Assembly (NCBI GenBank): GCA_041600715.1
Contig: JBFIJM010000003.1
Span: forward strand, 3,345 to 67,344
Reading direction: 5' to 3'
Origin: Candidatus Saccharimonadales bacterium
GTDB lineage: Bacteria > Patescibacteriota > Saccharimonadia > Saccharimonadales > 2-12-FULL-41-12
DNA length: 64,000 nt
The position numbers and the translations under genes are program-made. Shown here in pieces: positions 63,909-64,000 of this stretch. The notes beneath the pieces were generated by a model. That model was not told the origin of the DNA, searched no databases, and saw only the letters and a program-made list of their open reading frames with translations. Each line of letters begins with the position of its first letter. The first letter of the stretch is position 1.

Positions 63909-63916
63909 TTTTTTTT
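63909..63916 (+). terminator. T8 tract
   Basis: It lies 23 nt after the stop at 63885. Confidence 0.5.
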
Positions 63917-63923
63917 CTTATCT

Positions 63924-63934
63924 AAAAATTGAAT
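63924..63934 (+). promoter_or_regulatory. AAAAATTGAAT motif
   Basis: The TTGA core is 25 nt upstream of the ATG at 63958. Confidence 0.5.
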
Positions 63935-63957
63935 ACCACATATCCTATATAGCTTTG

Positions 63958-64000
63958 ATGGGTGATTCTAAAAAATCTGCAAGCGATTCTCTGGCATCGG
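63958..64000 (+). CDS. hypothetical protein; only the first 14 codons are visible (MGDSKKSASDSLAS..)
   Basis: The ATG is preceded by the promoter motif, and the ORF is open to the window end. Confidence 0.35.
   Translation, partial: MGDSKKSASDSLAS

Noticed and set aside
1-64000. Assignment to Mimiviridae because of the AAAATTGA promoter octamer
   Set aside because: The capsid protein is clearly p72-like and the gene set and neighbourhoods are ASFV-like. The motif is shared between the two lineages.
1-64000. tRNA, rRNA, transposon, integrase, terminal inverted repeat or CRISPR content
   Set aside because: I saw no cloverleaf-like GC-rich 70-90 nt segments in the short gaps, no transposase or integrase motifs in any ORF, and no long inverted repeats. 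Without tRNAscan or RepeatMasker this is a visual negative only.

Overview
The window is AT-rich: sampled 60-nt lines are about 27-40% GC, with two islands near 45-55%. It is very tightly packed, with about 55 protein genes on both strands, intergenic gaps mostly under 60 nt, and several convergent genes overlapping at their 3-prime ends. I see no rRNA, tRNA, CRISPR array or transposon. The content is that of a nucleocytoplasmic large DNA virus. The 494-aa ORF at 651-2135 aligns, from my memory of the sequence, with the N-terminus, middle and C-terminus of African swine fever virus (ASFV) capsid protein p72. The rest of the window carries an ASFV-like core set:
- VLTF2-like, TBP-like, VLTF3-like and TFIIB-like transcription factors, and an A7-like early transcription factor large subunit
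- RPB6 and RPB9-like RNA polymerase subunits
- DEAH (NPH-II-like) helicase, A32 packaging ATPase and D5 primase-helicase
- ERCC4 nuclease, Nudix decapping-type hydrolase, E2 ubiquitin-conjugating enzyme
- poly(A)-polymerase-like nucleotidyltransferase and FtsJ-like methyltransferase
The proteins are too divergent to be ASFV itself, so I call this an Asfarviridae-like giant virus. Non-ASFV-typical extras are an A22/RuvC-type resolvase, a RING protein, a PduO-type cobalamin adenosyltransferase carrying a hydrophobic insertion, a pentapeptide-repeat membrane protein and a YiiX/NlpC-P60-like protein.
The regulatory grammar is readable:
- an AAAATTGA(A/T)-type motif 17-46 nt upstream of about 17 ATGs
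- TATA(T/C)A abutting many other ATGs
- tracts of at least 7 T (or A8..T7 bidirectional modules) after about 16 genes
The most unusual features are (1) a five-gene family sharing an extended A8-TTGA-T(5-10) module and Ala/Ser/Thr-rich N-terminal leaders, four of them in GC-rich islands; (2) intergenic tandem arrays seeded by the last codons plus stop codon of the neighbouring gene; and (3) in-frame short tandem repeats even inside core enzymes. All homology calls rest on motif reading and memory, not on searches.
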